DNA from: Candidatus Latescibacterota bacterium
Lineage (GTDB): Bacteria > Latescibacterota > UBA2968 > UBA8231
Direction of reading: 5' to 3'
Assembly: GCA_965248355.1 (NCBI GenBank)
Contig: OZ252098.1
Coordinates: 736,001 to 800,000 of the forward strand
Length of the DNA: 64,000 nt
The position numbers and the translations under genes are program-made. Positions 9,503 to 17,528 of the stretch are shown here, in pieces (within the stretch, counting starts at the first letter, position 1; each line of letters starts with the position of its first letter). The notes under the pieces were generated by a model that did no database searches, was not told the origin of the DNA, and worked only from the letters and a program-made list of their open reading frames with translations.

Positions 9503-10279
9503 TCAATCCGGCTGCACGATGAAGCGGGCCAGTTCCCTGCCGCGGAGGGACAGGGTCTCGTAGAGCTTGCGGGGCAGCGAGGGACTCAGGCCGGGCAGGC
9601 GAAACCAGGGCGCCAGGTACCCCACACTGGTCATCGGCCGGATCTCATCGGAGTCGTTGGCCGTGCCGCCGTGCCAGCATCGCACATCCCGGATCAGCGC
9701 CGTTCCGGCGGGGGCGCAGACGATCGACTCCTTCATGCGCCCGGGTTCCTCCTCCATCGTCGGGACCCGCTGGCGGGTCCGATGGGTACCGGGCACGAAC
9801 CGGATGGCGCCGTTGACCTTCCTGAATTCGACCATCAGGAAGTTCACGACGATGTACGGGGTCGGCACATCGTGGATCGTCACCTGACCCAGCGGATCCT
9901 TGAAGAGATCCCCGATATCAGCGTGCAGGTGTTGCTCCTTTGCACCGGGAACGGAGTAATCGCCGCCGCCGCCGGAACAGATGAAATCCGGGCTTCCCCA
10001 GATCGCCTCCACTATGGGAAGGATGGTCGACAGGTCGATGAGCTGGACCCATTCCGGGTGATGGAGCTGCGGCCCGAAGGAGTAGCGGGCATGGCCCCGG
10101 TTGGCCCGCTCGAGTGGAATGTCCGCCATCTGCTGCGCCATGACGCGGGCAGCACCCGATTGGGCTGATGCAAGCTGTTCGGGATCGAGCGCATCGCCGA
10201 TGGGAACGAACCCGTCCCGATGGAAGATCGCTGCTGCTCTTTCGACTTCAGAAGGATCGAGGATTTCGACATCGAGCAT
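9503..10279 (-). CDS. Phytanoyl-CoA dioxygenase (PhyH) family Fe(II)/2OG oxygenase
   Basis: FHRDGFV, QHLHAD (HxD), VPGTH, WHGG. Confidence 0.85.
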   Translation of the reverse strand: MLDVEILDPSEVERAAAIFHRDGFVPIGDALDPEQLASAQSGAARVMAQQMADIPLERANRGHARYSFGPQLHHPEWVQLIDLSTILPIVEAIWGSPDFICSGGGGDYSVPGAKEQHLHADIGDLFKDPLGQVTIHDVPTPYIVVNFLMVEFRKVNGAIRFVPGTHRTRQRVPTMEEEPGRMKESIVCAPAGTALIRDVRCWHGGTANDSDEIRPMTSVGYLAPWFRLPGLSPSLPRKLYETLSLRGRELARFIVQPD

Positions 10280-10423
10280 GGCGGATCGCGGCTTCGTGGC
10301 AGGCCTGGTCCGAGGACTCAGTCCTCGTCGAGGATCCCCTGGATCATCGCGTCCAGTAGTATAGCTTGATCACGGATTCCTCGGCGCCGACCCGCGCCTC
10401 TCGAACCTTTACCGGAGGACCAC

Positions 10424-11689
10424 ATGGCCAACGACGACCGGGTGGGCGATGACGTCACCCGCGAGACCCACATCGCCCACGATGGGCGCCACGCCTTCTA
10501 CGCGGGGGGGCAGACCTACGCCGGCGCAGAGGGGACGGCGATCCTGGAGATGGTCACCACCGAGATGCTCCACTGGGTGACCCACGACGACGGCCGCACC
10601 ACCCTCGACGCCTGCTACGACGGCACCTGGCTGCGGCGGTCGGAGGACAACGGCTCCACCTGGAGGGACGTGGAGGCCAGGGCGGCCTTCGACACCGCCC
10701 TGGAGGGGGAGCAGCTCATCCCCTCGGGCCTGACCCTCGACGAGGGCACCGACACCCTGGTGCGCTTCCACCAGGGCCAGAAGGCCGACAAGAGCTGCTA
10801 CGGGTACATCAACCAGGGCGCCTACCGGGTGTTCTGCTCGATCTCCAGGGACCGGGGCGCCACCTGGAGCGAGCCGGTGCCGATCGTCGACCGCCGGGCA
10901 GGATACGACGAGCGGCGGTGGGGCCCGGAGCTCGACTACGGGACCCGCGGCGCCATCCTCAACGGGGCCGCCTGCCGCTGGATGGACGACGGCTCCCTCA
11001 TGGCGCCCTTCACCGGGTACGAGCGCCTCGACGGGACCCGGCCCTGGTACTTCCGCGTCATCTGCGCCCGCGGCGAGTGGAACGCCGACCGCACCGCCCT
11101 CGAGTGGGAGTTCGGCAGCTACTTCGAGGTCGGCCCCGAAAAGGCCGCCGGGGGCTGCTGCGAGCCCTCCATCGCCTCCCTCGGCGGCGACCGGCTGTTC
11201 ATGACCACCCGCTGCCAGGGGGACGAGGCCGAGGGCCTCCATTCCACCCGCTACACCGCCCTCTCCGAGGACGCGGGCATGACCTGGTCGGGTCCGGAGC
11301 CCCTGCTCTACGACGACGGCACCCCCGTGCACACGCCGGCCTCCTCCTCCGACTTCGTCACCACCTCGACGGGCCGGACCTGGTGGCTGGGCAACATCCT
11401 CGAGGCGCCGGTCTTCGCGCAGACGCCCCGGTACCCGCTCAAGCTGGCCGCCTTCGACAGCGGCCGCGCCTGCCTGATCAGGGACTCGGTGCGCCTTGTG
11501 CAGGACCGCCCGCGCGGGGCCCACGAGCTGGTGAGGTACACCAACTTCGGCAGCTACGAGGAGCGCGGCACCGGCCACCTCGTCATCACCCTGCCCGAGC
11601 AGTACCGCTACAAGGGCTGGGACGAGATGGAGCAGCCGGAGGACTTCGCCGCCGACTGCATCAAGTACACCGTCGAGCTGGAGGGGTAG
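10424..11689 (+). CDS. Sialidase/BNR (Asp-box) beta-propeller protein
   Basis: Asp boxes SEDNGSTW, SRDRGATW, SEDAGMTW; CEPS motif. Confidence 0.75.
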   Translation: MANDDRVGDDVTRETHIAHDGRHAFYAGGQTYAGAEGTAILEMVTTEMLHWVTHDDGRTTLDACYDGTWLRRSEDNGSTWRDVEARAAFDTALEGEQLIPSGLTLDEGTDTLVRFHQGQKADKSCYGYINQGAYRVFCSISRDRGATWSEPVPIVDRRAGYDERRWGPELDYGTRGAILNGAACRWMDDGSLMAPFTGYERLDGTRPWYFRVICARGEWNADRTALEWEFGSYFEVGPEKAAGGCCEPSIASLGGDRLFMTTRCQGDEAEGLHSTRYTALSEDAGMTWSGPEPLLYDDGTPVHTPASSSDFVTTSTGRTWWLGNILEAPVFAQTPRYPLKLAAFDSGRACLIRDSVRLVQDRPRGAHELVRYTNFGSYEERGTGHLVITLPEQYRYKGWDEMEQPEDFAADCIKYTVELEG

Positions 11690-11693
11690 AGGC

Positions 11694-12704
11694 TCAGCCC
11701 GACCGGTAGTGGGCGACGGCGTCCTCGTCGAGCGCCACCCCCAGGCCGGGTCCCTCGGGCACGACGAACTCTCCCGAGTCGAAGGTCAGGGAGCCGCCGA
11801 GCAGGTCGTTCTCCCGGACGAAGGGCAGCTCGTCGCAGGGTCTCAGATCGTTGGTCAGGGTCGCCTGCAGGTGGATGGAGAAGGCGGTCTGGATCCCCAG
11901 GCAGAGGCCGCCCATCTGCAGCCAGACCGGGCAACCGGCGACCTCGGCGATGGCGGCGCTGCGCTTCACGGCGGCCACGTTGCCGCTGAGGTTGAACCGG
12001 TCGACGGCCTCGGCCTTGACCGCCCGCAGAACGTCGTACGGCTCGATGAGGTGCAGGGCCTGGGGGATGTCGGTCTTGTAGCGCAGCAGGCAGTACCAGG
12101 CGTGGTTGACGTTGACCTTCTCCACCGGATCCTCGAAGCAGTCGATGTCGTAGGGGCCCAGCTCCCTGGCGAGACGGACCGATGTGGGCACGTCCCGGAA
12201 CCCGCAGTTGGGATCGACGCGGATGGCGTACTCCACCCCCGCCGTGGCCGCCGTCATGCACTCCGCCTGCCGCACGATGTCGTCGGACCGCGCCTTGAGC
12301 TTGTGCACCCTGAACCCGAGGGCCGCGGCCTTCTCCGCCTCTCTCGCCGTCTCCTCCGGCTCCAGGTGGCAGGACCAGTAGGCCGCCGGCACCCGCTGGC
12401 GGACCCGGTCGCCCATGAGCCTCCACACGGGCACCCCCCGGGCCTGGGCGGCGATGTCGTAGAGGGCGCACTGCCACGGCTCGGCGGCGCTCTCCAGGTC
12501 CATGGCCAGCGGGTCCGAGCCGACGAGGGCCTCCACGCCGGGGCGCACGGCCTCGCACGGCTGCCAGATCTCCCCCAGACCGGTCAGGCCTTCGTCGGTG
12601 TGGACCTTGACGATGGTGTGCTCCCAGTCGGAGTGGCCGACGTTGCGGATGGGGGCGATGTAGGGGACGTCCACCTCGATGAGCTCGATGCGGGTGATCT
12701 TCAT
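11694..12704 (-). CDS. Mandelate racemase/muconate-lactonizing (enolase superfamily) enzyme
   Basis: MKITRIELIEV, HTDEGLTGLGE, HKLK (KxK), RVDPN, FEDP, VPEGPGLGV. Confidence 0.85.
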   Translation of the reverse strand: MKITRIELIEVDVPYIAPIRNVGHSDWEHTIVKVHTDEGLTGLGEIWQPCEAVRPGVEALVGSDPLAMDLESAAEPWQCALYDIAAQARGVPVWRLMGDRVRQRVPAAYWSCHLEPEETAREAEKAAALGFRVHKLKARSDDIVRQAECMTAATAGVEYAIRVDPNCGFRDVPTSVRLARELGPYDIDCFEDPVEKVNVNHAWYCLLRYKTDIPQALHLIEPYDVLRAVKAEAVDRFNLSGNVAAVKRSAAIAEVAGCPVWLQMGGLCLGIQTAFSIHLQATLTNDLRPCDELPFVRENDLLGGSLTFDSGEFVVPEGPGLGVALDEDAVAHYRSG

Positions 12705-12718
12705 TTGCGGCTCTCGAT

Positions 12719-14725
12719 CTACACCCAGTAGAGGCCGTGCCCCTGGGCGCCGGTTATGACGTCGATGACCAGCCAGAAGGCGATGACGGCGAACTGGCCG
12801 AGGATGAAGCCGAGGAAGAAGGGGCGCACCCGCCGCAGCAGGTTCGGCCCCCCGTAGCGGATCAGGGCCGCCTTGACCAGCCACACGAGGAAGACGCTGA
12901 ACCACATGTGACGGGTCAGCATCATCTGCGACACCGCCAGCCCCATGGGATGGACGGGGAAGGAGAGCAGGTGGGCGCGCACCCAGTAGAGGGCGAGCAT
13001 GACCGCCCCGCCGGCGCCGATCAGGGCCAGGCCGGGCAGGTCGGGGCCGACGGGCTCGCGCAAATACCTGGCGGCGAAGTCGATGGTGTAGCGGGGCCCG
13101 CCGAGGAAGAACCAGGCGTTGGCGTTGTTGGCGCCCGACTGGTAGGCGTAGTAGAGGGTCGTCCACACCGACACCCCCACCCCCAGGATCACGGCCAGGA
13201 TCATGCTCCACAGCAGGACGCCCTTGCGGGTCACCGACTCGGCCACCTTGAGGCCGTTGGCCGCCGAGGCCATGACGAAGGTGCGCACGTCGCTCATCCA
13301 GACCTGGCCCAGGGCCAGCACGCTCACCGCCCCGGGACCGCCCAGCAAGGCGGTGCCGTAGACGGTGCGCACCACGGTGGGCGTGATCAGCTGGGCCCGC
13401 GTCGCCGCCAGGCCCGACTCGCACAGGATGCGGGTGATGCCCAGGAAGGTGGCCGCCGCCACCAGCACGAAGGTCACCGAGGCCCACCAGGGCACCCCCG
13501 CGGCGATGAACCACCCCGTCATCAGCACCAGCCCCAGGATCAGCTGCGCGTAGACGCTGCGCATGGAGAACTCGCCGGGGTCGCCTCCGCCGCGCCGGAA
13601 GGCCCCCCGCCAGGTCCGCTTCAGGTATCCCCGCGCCGTCCACAGGGTGTAGCCGGTCAGCGCCATGAGGGCGCCGAACTGCACGTACGAGAGGATCGGA
13701 CCGCCGTCGCTCTGGGCGTAGATGTCCAGGTTCAGGGTGCGGGTCAGGCCGATGTAGGTGAGGTAGCCCTTGAGGGCGTAGCCGAGCAGGTAGAACAGCC
13801 AGATGCTCAGGGTCACCTCCTGGTGGGTCAGGTAGGCGAAGCCCATCATGGGAAAGCTGACGACCACCGAGAGGGACTCGAGGTTGGGCAGGATGGGGAT
13901 GCCCGTCGACAGGCTGATGCCGGGGATGAAGTGGTGGTAGGCGTGCAGCCCGTTCATGGAGGTGACGATGAAGGGCACGGCGAACCCGGCCCACATGACG
14001 GGGTTGCGGAAGAAGGCGTTGAGGGCCCGGCCCCGCTCCTGGGAGCACATGACCAGGGGCAGCTGGGCCAGGGGATAGGCCAGGCGCTCGTGCTCCATCC
14101 ACTGGCGGCGGAAGAGCACGGCCAGGGAGATCATCACCAGGTAGAGGCCGAGGAGGACGGGGATCCAGGCCAGCAGCGGCTTGATCCACACCATCCACGG
14201 AATCGCCTCGCCCCGCGCCACCCCCTCGTAGAAGCCCTGGATGGCGTCCTCCCCCTGCGGCACCAGCCAGTGCGGCACGTACGGCTGGATGTCCTGGGCC
14301 CACTCGTTCTCCGGGGTGGCCAGGTAGTAGATGGCGGGCAGGATGGGGATCAGGTAGAGGGTCAGCCCCATGGTGCAGATCGAGCAGGCGATCGCCGCCA
14401 TCAGGTAGGTGACGGCCATCTCCCCCGTGGTCAGGGAGAGGGAGGGCAGCAGGCGCCGCAGGGAGGTGTTGACGACCAGGGCCAGCATGAAGAGCAGGAG
14501 GATGGCGGCGGCGGTGGTGAAGTCGATGGTCAGGTACGAGCCGCGCACCATCAGGCTGTTGTAGGGCCCCCAGAAGGCGACGGCGGCGCTCAGGAGCGAG
14601 CCCGCCAGCAGGGCCCGCGCCGGGCGCACGTGGCCCGGGTCCGTGTCAGGACCCGCGTCTCGCGCCCGTCCGGTGCGCCGGCGAAAGGCGGCGATGGCGC
14701 CGGCGGCGGTGGTCTGCGTGGTCAC
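12719..14725 (-). CDS. Large polytopic membrane protein (DUF6785-like putative transporter)
   Basis: About 670 aa with many TM segments; RRQWMEHERLAYPLAQLP and PVHPMG motifs; start uncertain (ORF open to 14773). Confidence 0.6.
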   Translation of the reverse strand: MTTQTTAAGAIAAFRRRTGRARDAGPDTDPGHVRPARALLAGSLLSAAVAFWGPYNSLMVRGSYLTIDFTTAAAILLLFMLALVVNTSLRRLLPSLSLTTGEMAVTYLMAAIACSICTMGLTLYLIPILPAIYYLATPENEWAQDIQPYVPHWLVPQGEDAIQGFYEGVARGEAIPWMVWIKPLLAWIPVLLGLYLVMISLAVLFRRQWMEHERLAYPLAQLPLVMCSQERGRALNAFFRNPVMWAGFAVPFIVTSMNGLHAYHHFIPGISLSTGIPILPNLESLSVVVSFPMMGFAYLTHQEVTLSIWLFYLLGYALKGYLTYIGLTRTLNLDIYAQSDGGPILSYVQFGALMALTGYTLWTARGYLKRTWRGAFRRGGGDPGEFSMRSVYAQLILGLVLMTGWFIAAGVPWWASVTFVLVAAATFLGITRILCESGLAATRAQLITPTVVRTVYGTALLGGPGAVSVLALGQVWMSDVRTFVMASAANGLKVAESVTRKGVLLWSMILAVILGVGVSVWTTLYYAYQSGANNANAWFFLGGPRYTIDFAARYLREPVGPDLPGLALIGAGGAVMLALYWVRAHLLSFPVHPMGLAVSQMMLTRHMWFSVFLVWLVKAALIRYGGPNLLRRVRPFFLGFILGQFAVIAFWLVIDVITGAQGHGLYWV

Positions 14726-14812
14726 CGCTGGCCTCGTGAGAGGCGAACCGCCGGGTGCGGCCCGGGTCCGCAAGGACGGCCGGGTGGCTTTCCTCCGAGG
14801 TCCTCAGGCCGT

Positions 14813-14841
14813 AATTTGGATACAGGACCTCCAAATTTGGA
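14813..14841. promoter_or_regulatory. AT-rich inverted repeats upstream of the AAA ATPase gene
   Basis: AATTTGGA-N9-TCCAAATT overlapping the perfect palindrome TCCAAATTTGGA (14830-14841). Confidence 0.4.
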
Positions 14842-14847
14842 CCGAAA

Positions 14848-15999
14848 ATGGAGATCATACAGCGATTCTTCCGTCCGCCGGAGCGCAGCTTCTTTCTCTT
14901 CGGCCCCCGCGGCACCGGCAAGTCGACATGGCTCCGCCAGCGATTCCCGGAAGCGCTCTGGGTGGACCTGCTCCAGCCCGAGGTCCATCGAGACCTGCTG
15001 GCCCGCCCCGAGCGCCTGCGGGACCTCGTCCTGGCCGCCGAGGGAAGGCCCGTCGTCATCGACGAGGTGCAGAAGGCGCCGGAGCTGCTCGACGTCGTCC
15101 ACGCCCTCATCGACGCCAGGAGCACCGTCTTCGCCCTCACCGGCTCCAGCGCCCGCAAGATCCGCAGGGCCGGGGTCGACCTGCTCGGCGGCCGGGCGGC
15201 GCGGCGGATCATGCCGCCCTTCATGGCGGCCGAGCTGGGCGGCCGTTTCGACCTCCAGCGCGCTCTGCGCGAGGGCATGCTGCCCCTGGTATGGGGCTCC
15301 CCCGAGGGCCCGGACGCGCTGCGGGCGTATGCCTCCCTCTACCTTCGGGAGGAGGTCCAGGCGGAAGGACTGGTGCGCAACATCGGCCAGTTCTCGCGTT
15401 TCCTCGAAGCGATCTCCTTCGCCCACGGCGCTCTGCTGAACGTCACCAACCTGTCCCGCGATTGCGCCGTGGGACGCAAGAGCGCCGAGGGCTACGTCGA
15501 GATCCTCGAGGACCTGCTCCTCGCCTTCCGCCTGCCCGTCTTCCGCCGCCGCGCCGGCCGCCGGGTCACGGCCCGGCCGAAGCTCTACCTCTTCGACGCC
15601 GGCGTCTTCCGCTCCCTGCGGCCCACGGGCCCCCTCGACCGTCCGGAGGAGATCGAAGGCGGCGCCCTCGAAGGGCTGGTGGCCCAACATCTGCGGGCCT
15701 GGGTCGACCTGACTCCGGAGGAGCACAGCCTCTCCTTCTGGCGCACGTCCTCCGGGACCGAGGTCGACTTCGTGGTCTACGGCGAGCAGGGGCTGTGGGC
15801 CTTCGAGGTCAAGAATTCGGCCGCCGTCCGGGGCTCGGATCTGCGGGGCCTGCGGGCCTTTTGCCAGGACTACCCCGAGGCCCGGCCCGTCCACCTGTAC
15901 CGCGGCGCCGACCGCCTGCGCGTGGACGGCGTCCTGTGCCTGCCCGTGGACGACTTCCTCCGGCAACTGAGACCGGAGCGGCCGCCCTGGCCGGACTAG
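14848..15999 (+). CDS. AAA_14 ATPase with C-terminal DUF4143 (PD-(D/E)XK-like) domain
   Basis: GPRGTGKS, VIDEVQ, LTGSS, PKLYLFDAG, EVDFV...FEVK. Confidence 0.85.
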   Translation: MEIIQRFFRPPERSFFLFGPRGTGKSTWLRQRFPEALWVDLLQPEVHRDLLARPERLRDLVLAAEGRPVVIDEVQKAPELLDVVHALIDARSTVFALTGSSARKIRRAGVDLLGGRAARRIMPPFMAAELGGRFDLQRALREGMLPLVWGSPEGPDALRAYASLYLREEVQAEGLVRNIGQFSRFLEAISFAHGALLNVTNLSRDCAVGRKSAEGYVEILEDLLLAFRLPVFRRRAGRRVTARPKLYLFDAGVFRSLRPTGPLDRPEEIEGGALEGLVAQHLRAWVDLTPEEHSLSFWRTSSGTEVDFVVYGEQGLWAFEVKNSAAVRGSDLRGLRAFCQDYPEARPVHLYRGADRLRVDGVLCLPVDDFLRQLRPERPPWPD

Positions 16000-16086
16000 C
16001 CGCCGGACCGGGTCTTCCCCCTGACGGCCGCGGCCCTCAGGGGACCACCCGCCACCCTCCGCAGTTCTCTTCAAGGGGTCCTGCCC

Positions 16087-17109
16087 TCAGAACCCGAGGA
16101 CCATGACCCAGAAGGGGGCCTCGCCCACCTCGCGCTCGTCGAACTGCGTCAGGCCGCCGGTGGCCGGATCGACGCGGAAGGAGCGCATGCGGCCGGCGAC
16201 CTCGCCGGCGCAGTAGCAGAACCGCCCCGTGGGATCGATGTTGAACGAGCGCGGGCTGGAGGGCACGGGGAAGTGGCCGAAGGGGCTCAGGCCGCCGTCG
16301 GCGGCGATCTCGAAGCCGGCGATGCTGTCCCCGGGACCGCGGTTGGAGGCGTAAGCCCAGCGGCCGTTGGGGTGGACCTCCACATGGGCGGTGTGGCTCA
16401 CCTCCGCGTAGCCCTCGGGCAGGGTGGAGACCTCCTGCACCGGCTCGAGGGTGCCGGCCTCGCCGTCGTAGCGGTGCACGGTGACCGTGTTGCCCTGCTC
16501 GTTGACGGTGTAGACGATCCCGGCGACCGGGCCGAAGCACATGTGCCGGGGGCCGGTGTACTCCCCGGCGGGGACCACCTCGGAGGGGTCGTTGGGGGTC
16601 AGCCGGCCCGTGGCGGCGTCGTAGCGGAACTGGGAGGTCTTGTTGTTGGGGCAGACGTGGGGGATGAAGACGAAGCGGTCGTCGTCGATGAGCACGGCGT
16701 GGGCCTTGGGCCCCGTGTCGACGTACTCCACCTGCTCGCCGATGGAGCCGTCTCCGGCGATGCGGTGCACGGTGACGCCGCCGCCGGTGTAGTAGCTGGC
16801 GATCAGGTGGCGCCCGGCCCCGTCGGTGACCGCCAGGGCCGGCGTGGCCAGGCCCGTGTCGACGGAGTTGACGTGGTCCAGGGCGCCGGTGGCGGTGTCG
16901 AGGCGGTAGCTGGACAACTCCGTGGACTGCACGTGGGCGCCGTAGACCATGTTCGTGGGCCGGTGCAGGTGCAGGGAGCCGATGGGGCCGTGGGCGTCGC
17001 TGACGGTTTGCAGCTCCAGGGCGCCGGTGGCCGGGTCCATCGACCAGGCCTGGATCTGCCGGTCGCCGGTGAGGGCGACGAAGACGAAGTAGCGGGATGC
17101 GTCCGCCAT
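16087..17109 (-). CDS. 6-phosphogluconolactonase/lactonase family beta-propeller
   Basis: ASYYTGG, KAHAV, GPRHMCF, VNEQGNTV, YASNRG, PRSFNIDPTG. Confidence 0.85.
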   Translation of the reverse strand: MADASRYFVFVALTGDRQIQAWSMDPATGALELQTVSDAHGPIGSLHLHRPTNMVYGAHVQSTELSSYRLDTATGALDHVNSVDTGLATPALAVTDGAGRHLIASYYTGGGVTVHRIAGDGSIGEQVEYVDTGPKAHAVLIDDDRFVFIPHVCPNNKTSQFRYDAATGRLTPNDPSEVVPAGEYTGPRHMCFGPVAGIVYTVNEQGNTVTVHRYDGEAGTLEPVQEVSTLPEGYAEVSHTAHVEVHPNGRWAYASNRGPGDSIAGFEIAADGGLSPFGHFPVPSSPRSFNIDPTGRFCYCAGEVAGRMRSFRVDPATGGLTQFDEREVGEAPFWVMVLGF

Positions 17110-17248
17110 GGGCTGGCCTTTCCGTGTTGGGTTTGCAGGTCGGGCACCAAACTACGACGACCCCGGAGGCGTCCGCCACGCGGGCCGGCGCCTCCGCCGG
17201 AATCCCCGAGCGAGCATGACGGACAGTGCCGCCCCGCTTCGCCCGGCG

Positions 17249-17441
17249 GGGATCTCATCGTCCTGCTCATCGAGGCGGGGGCCGACGTCGACGCCCAGGA
17301 CGCCAAGGGCCGCACGTCCCTGTTCCTCGCCTCCTCGGCGCCCGGACCTCGATCCGCAACCGCAAGGGGAAGACGCCCCTGGACGTGGCCGCCAAGGGAT
17401 GTCTCTATCTGAAGGGGACACGGCGCATCAAGGCGACATAG
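17249..17441 (+). pseudogene. Ankyrin-repeat gene remnant with internal deletion/frameshift
   Basis: DLIVLLIEAGADVDAQDAKGRTSLFLA then, in another frame, LLGARTSIRNRKGKTPLDVAAKGCLYLK; parallels the C-terminus of 5304-6404. Confidence 0.65.
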
Positions 17442-17516
17442 CACATGCTATAAGATGATTGACAATTCACGCCACCATGGGGTACACTATGATGTAATCA
17501 AATCTACCGCAGGAGG
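17438..17516 (+). promoter_or_regulatory. Promoter of the defence operon with upstream palindromic operator and RBS
   Basis: ATAGCA-CA-TGCTAT (17438-17451), TTGACA (17459-17464), N18, TACACT (17483-17488), AGGAGG (17511-17516). Confidence 0.7.
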
Positions 17517-17528
17517 ATAGCAGGCAGA

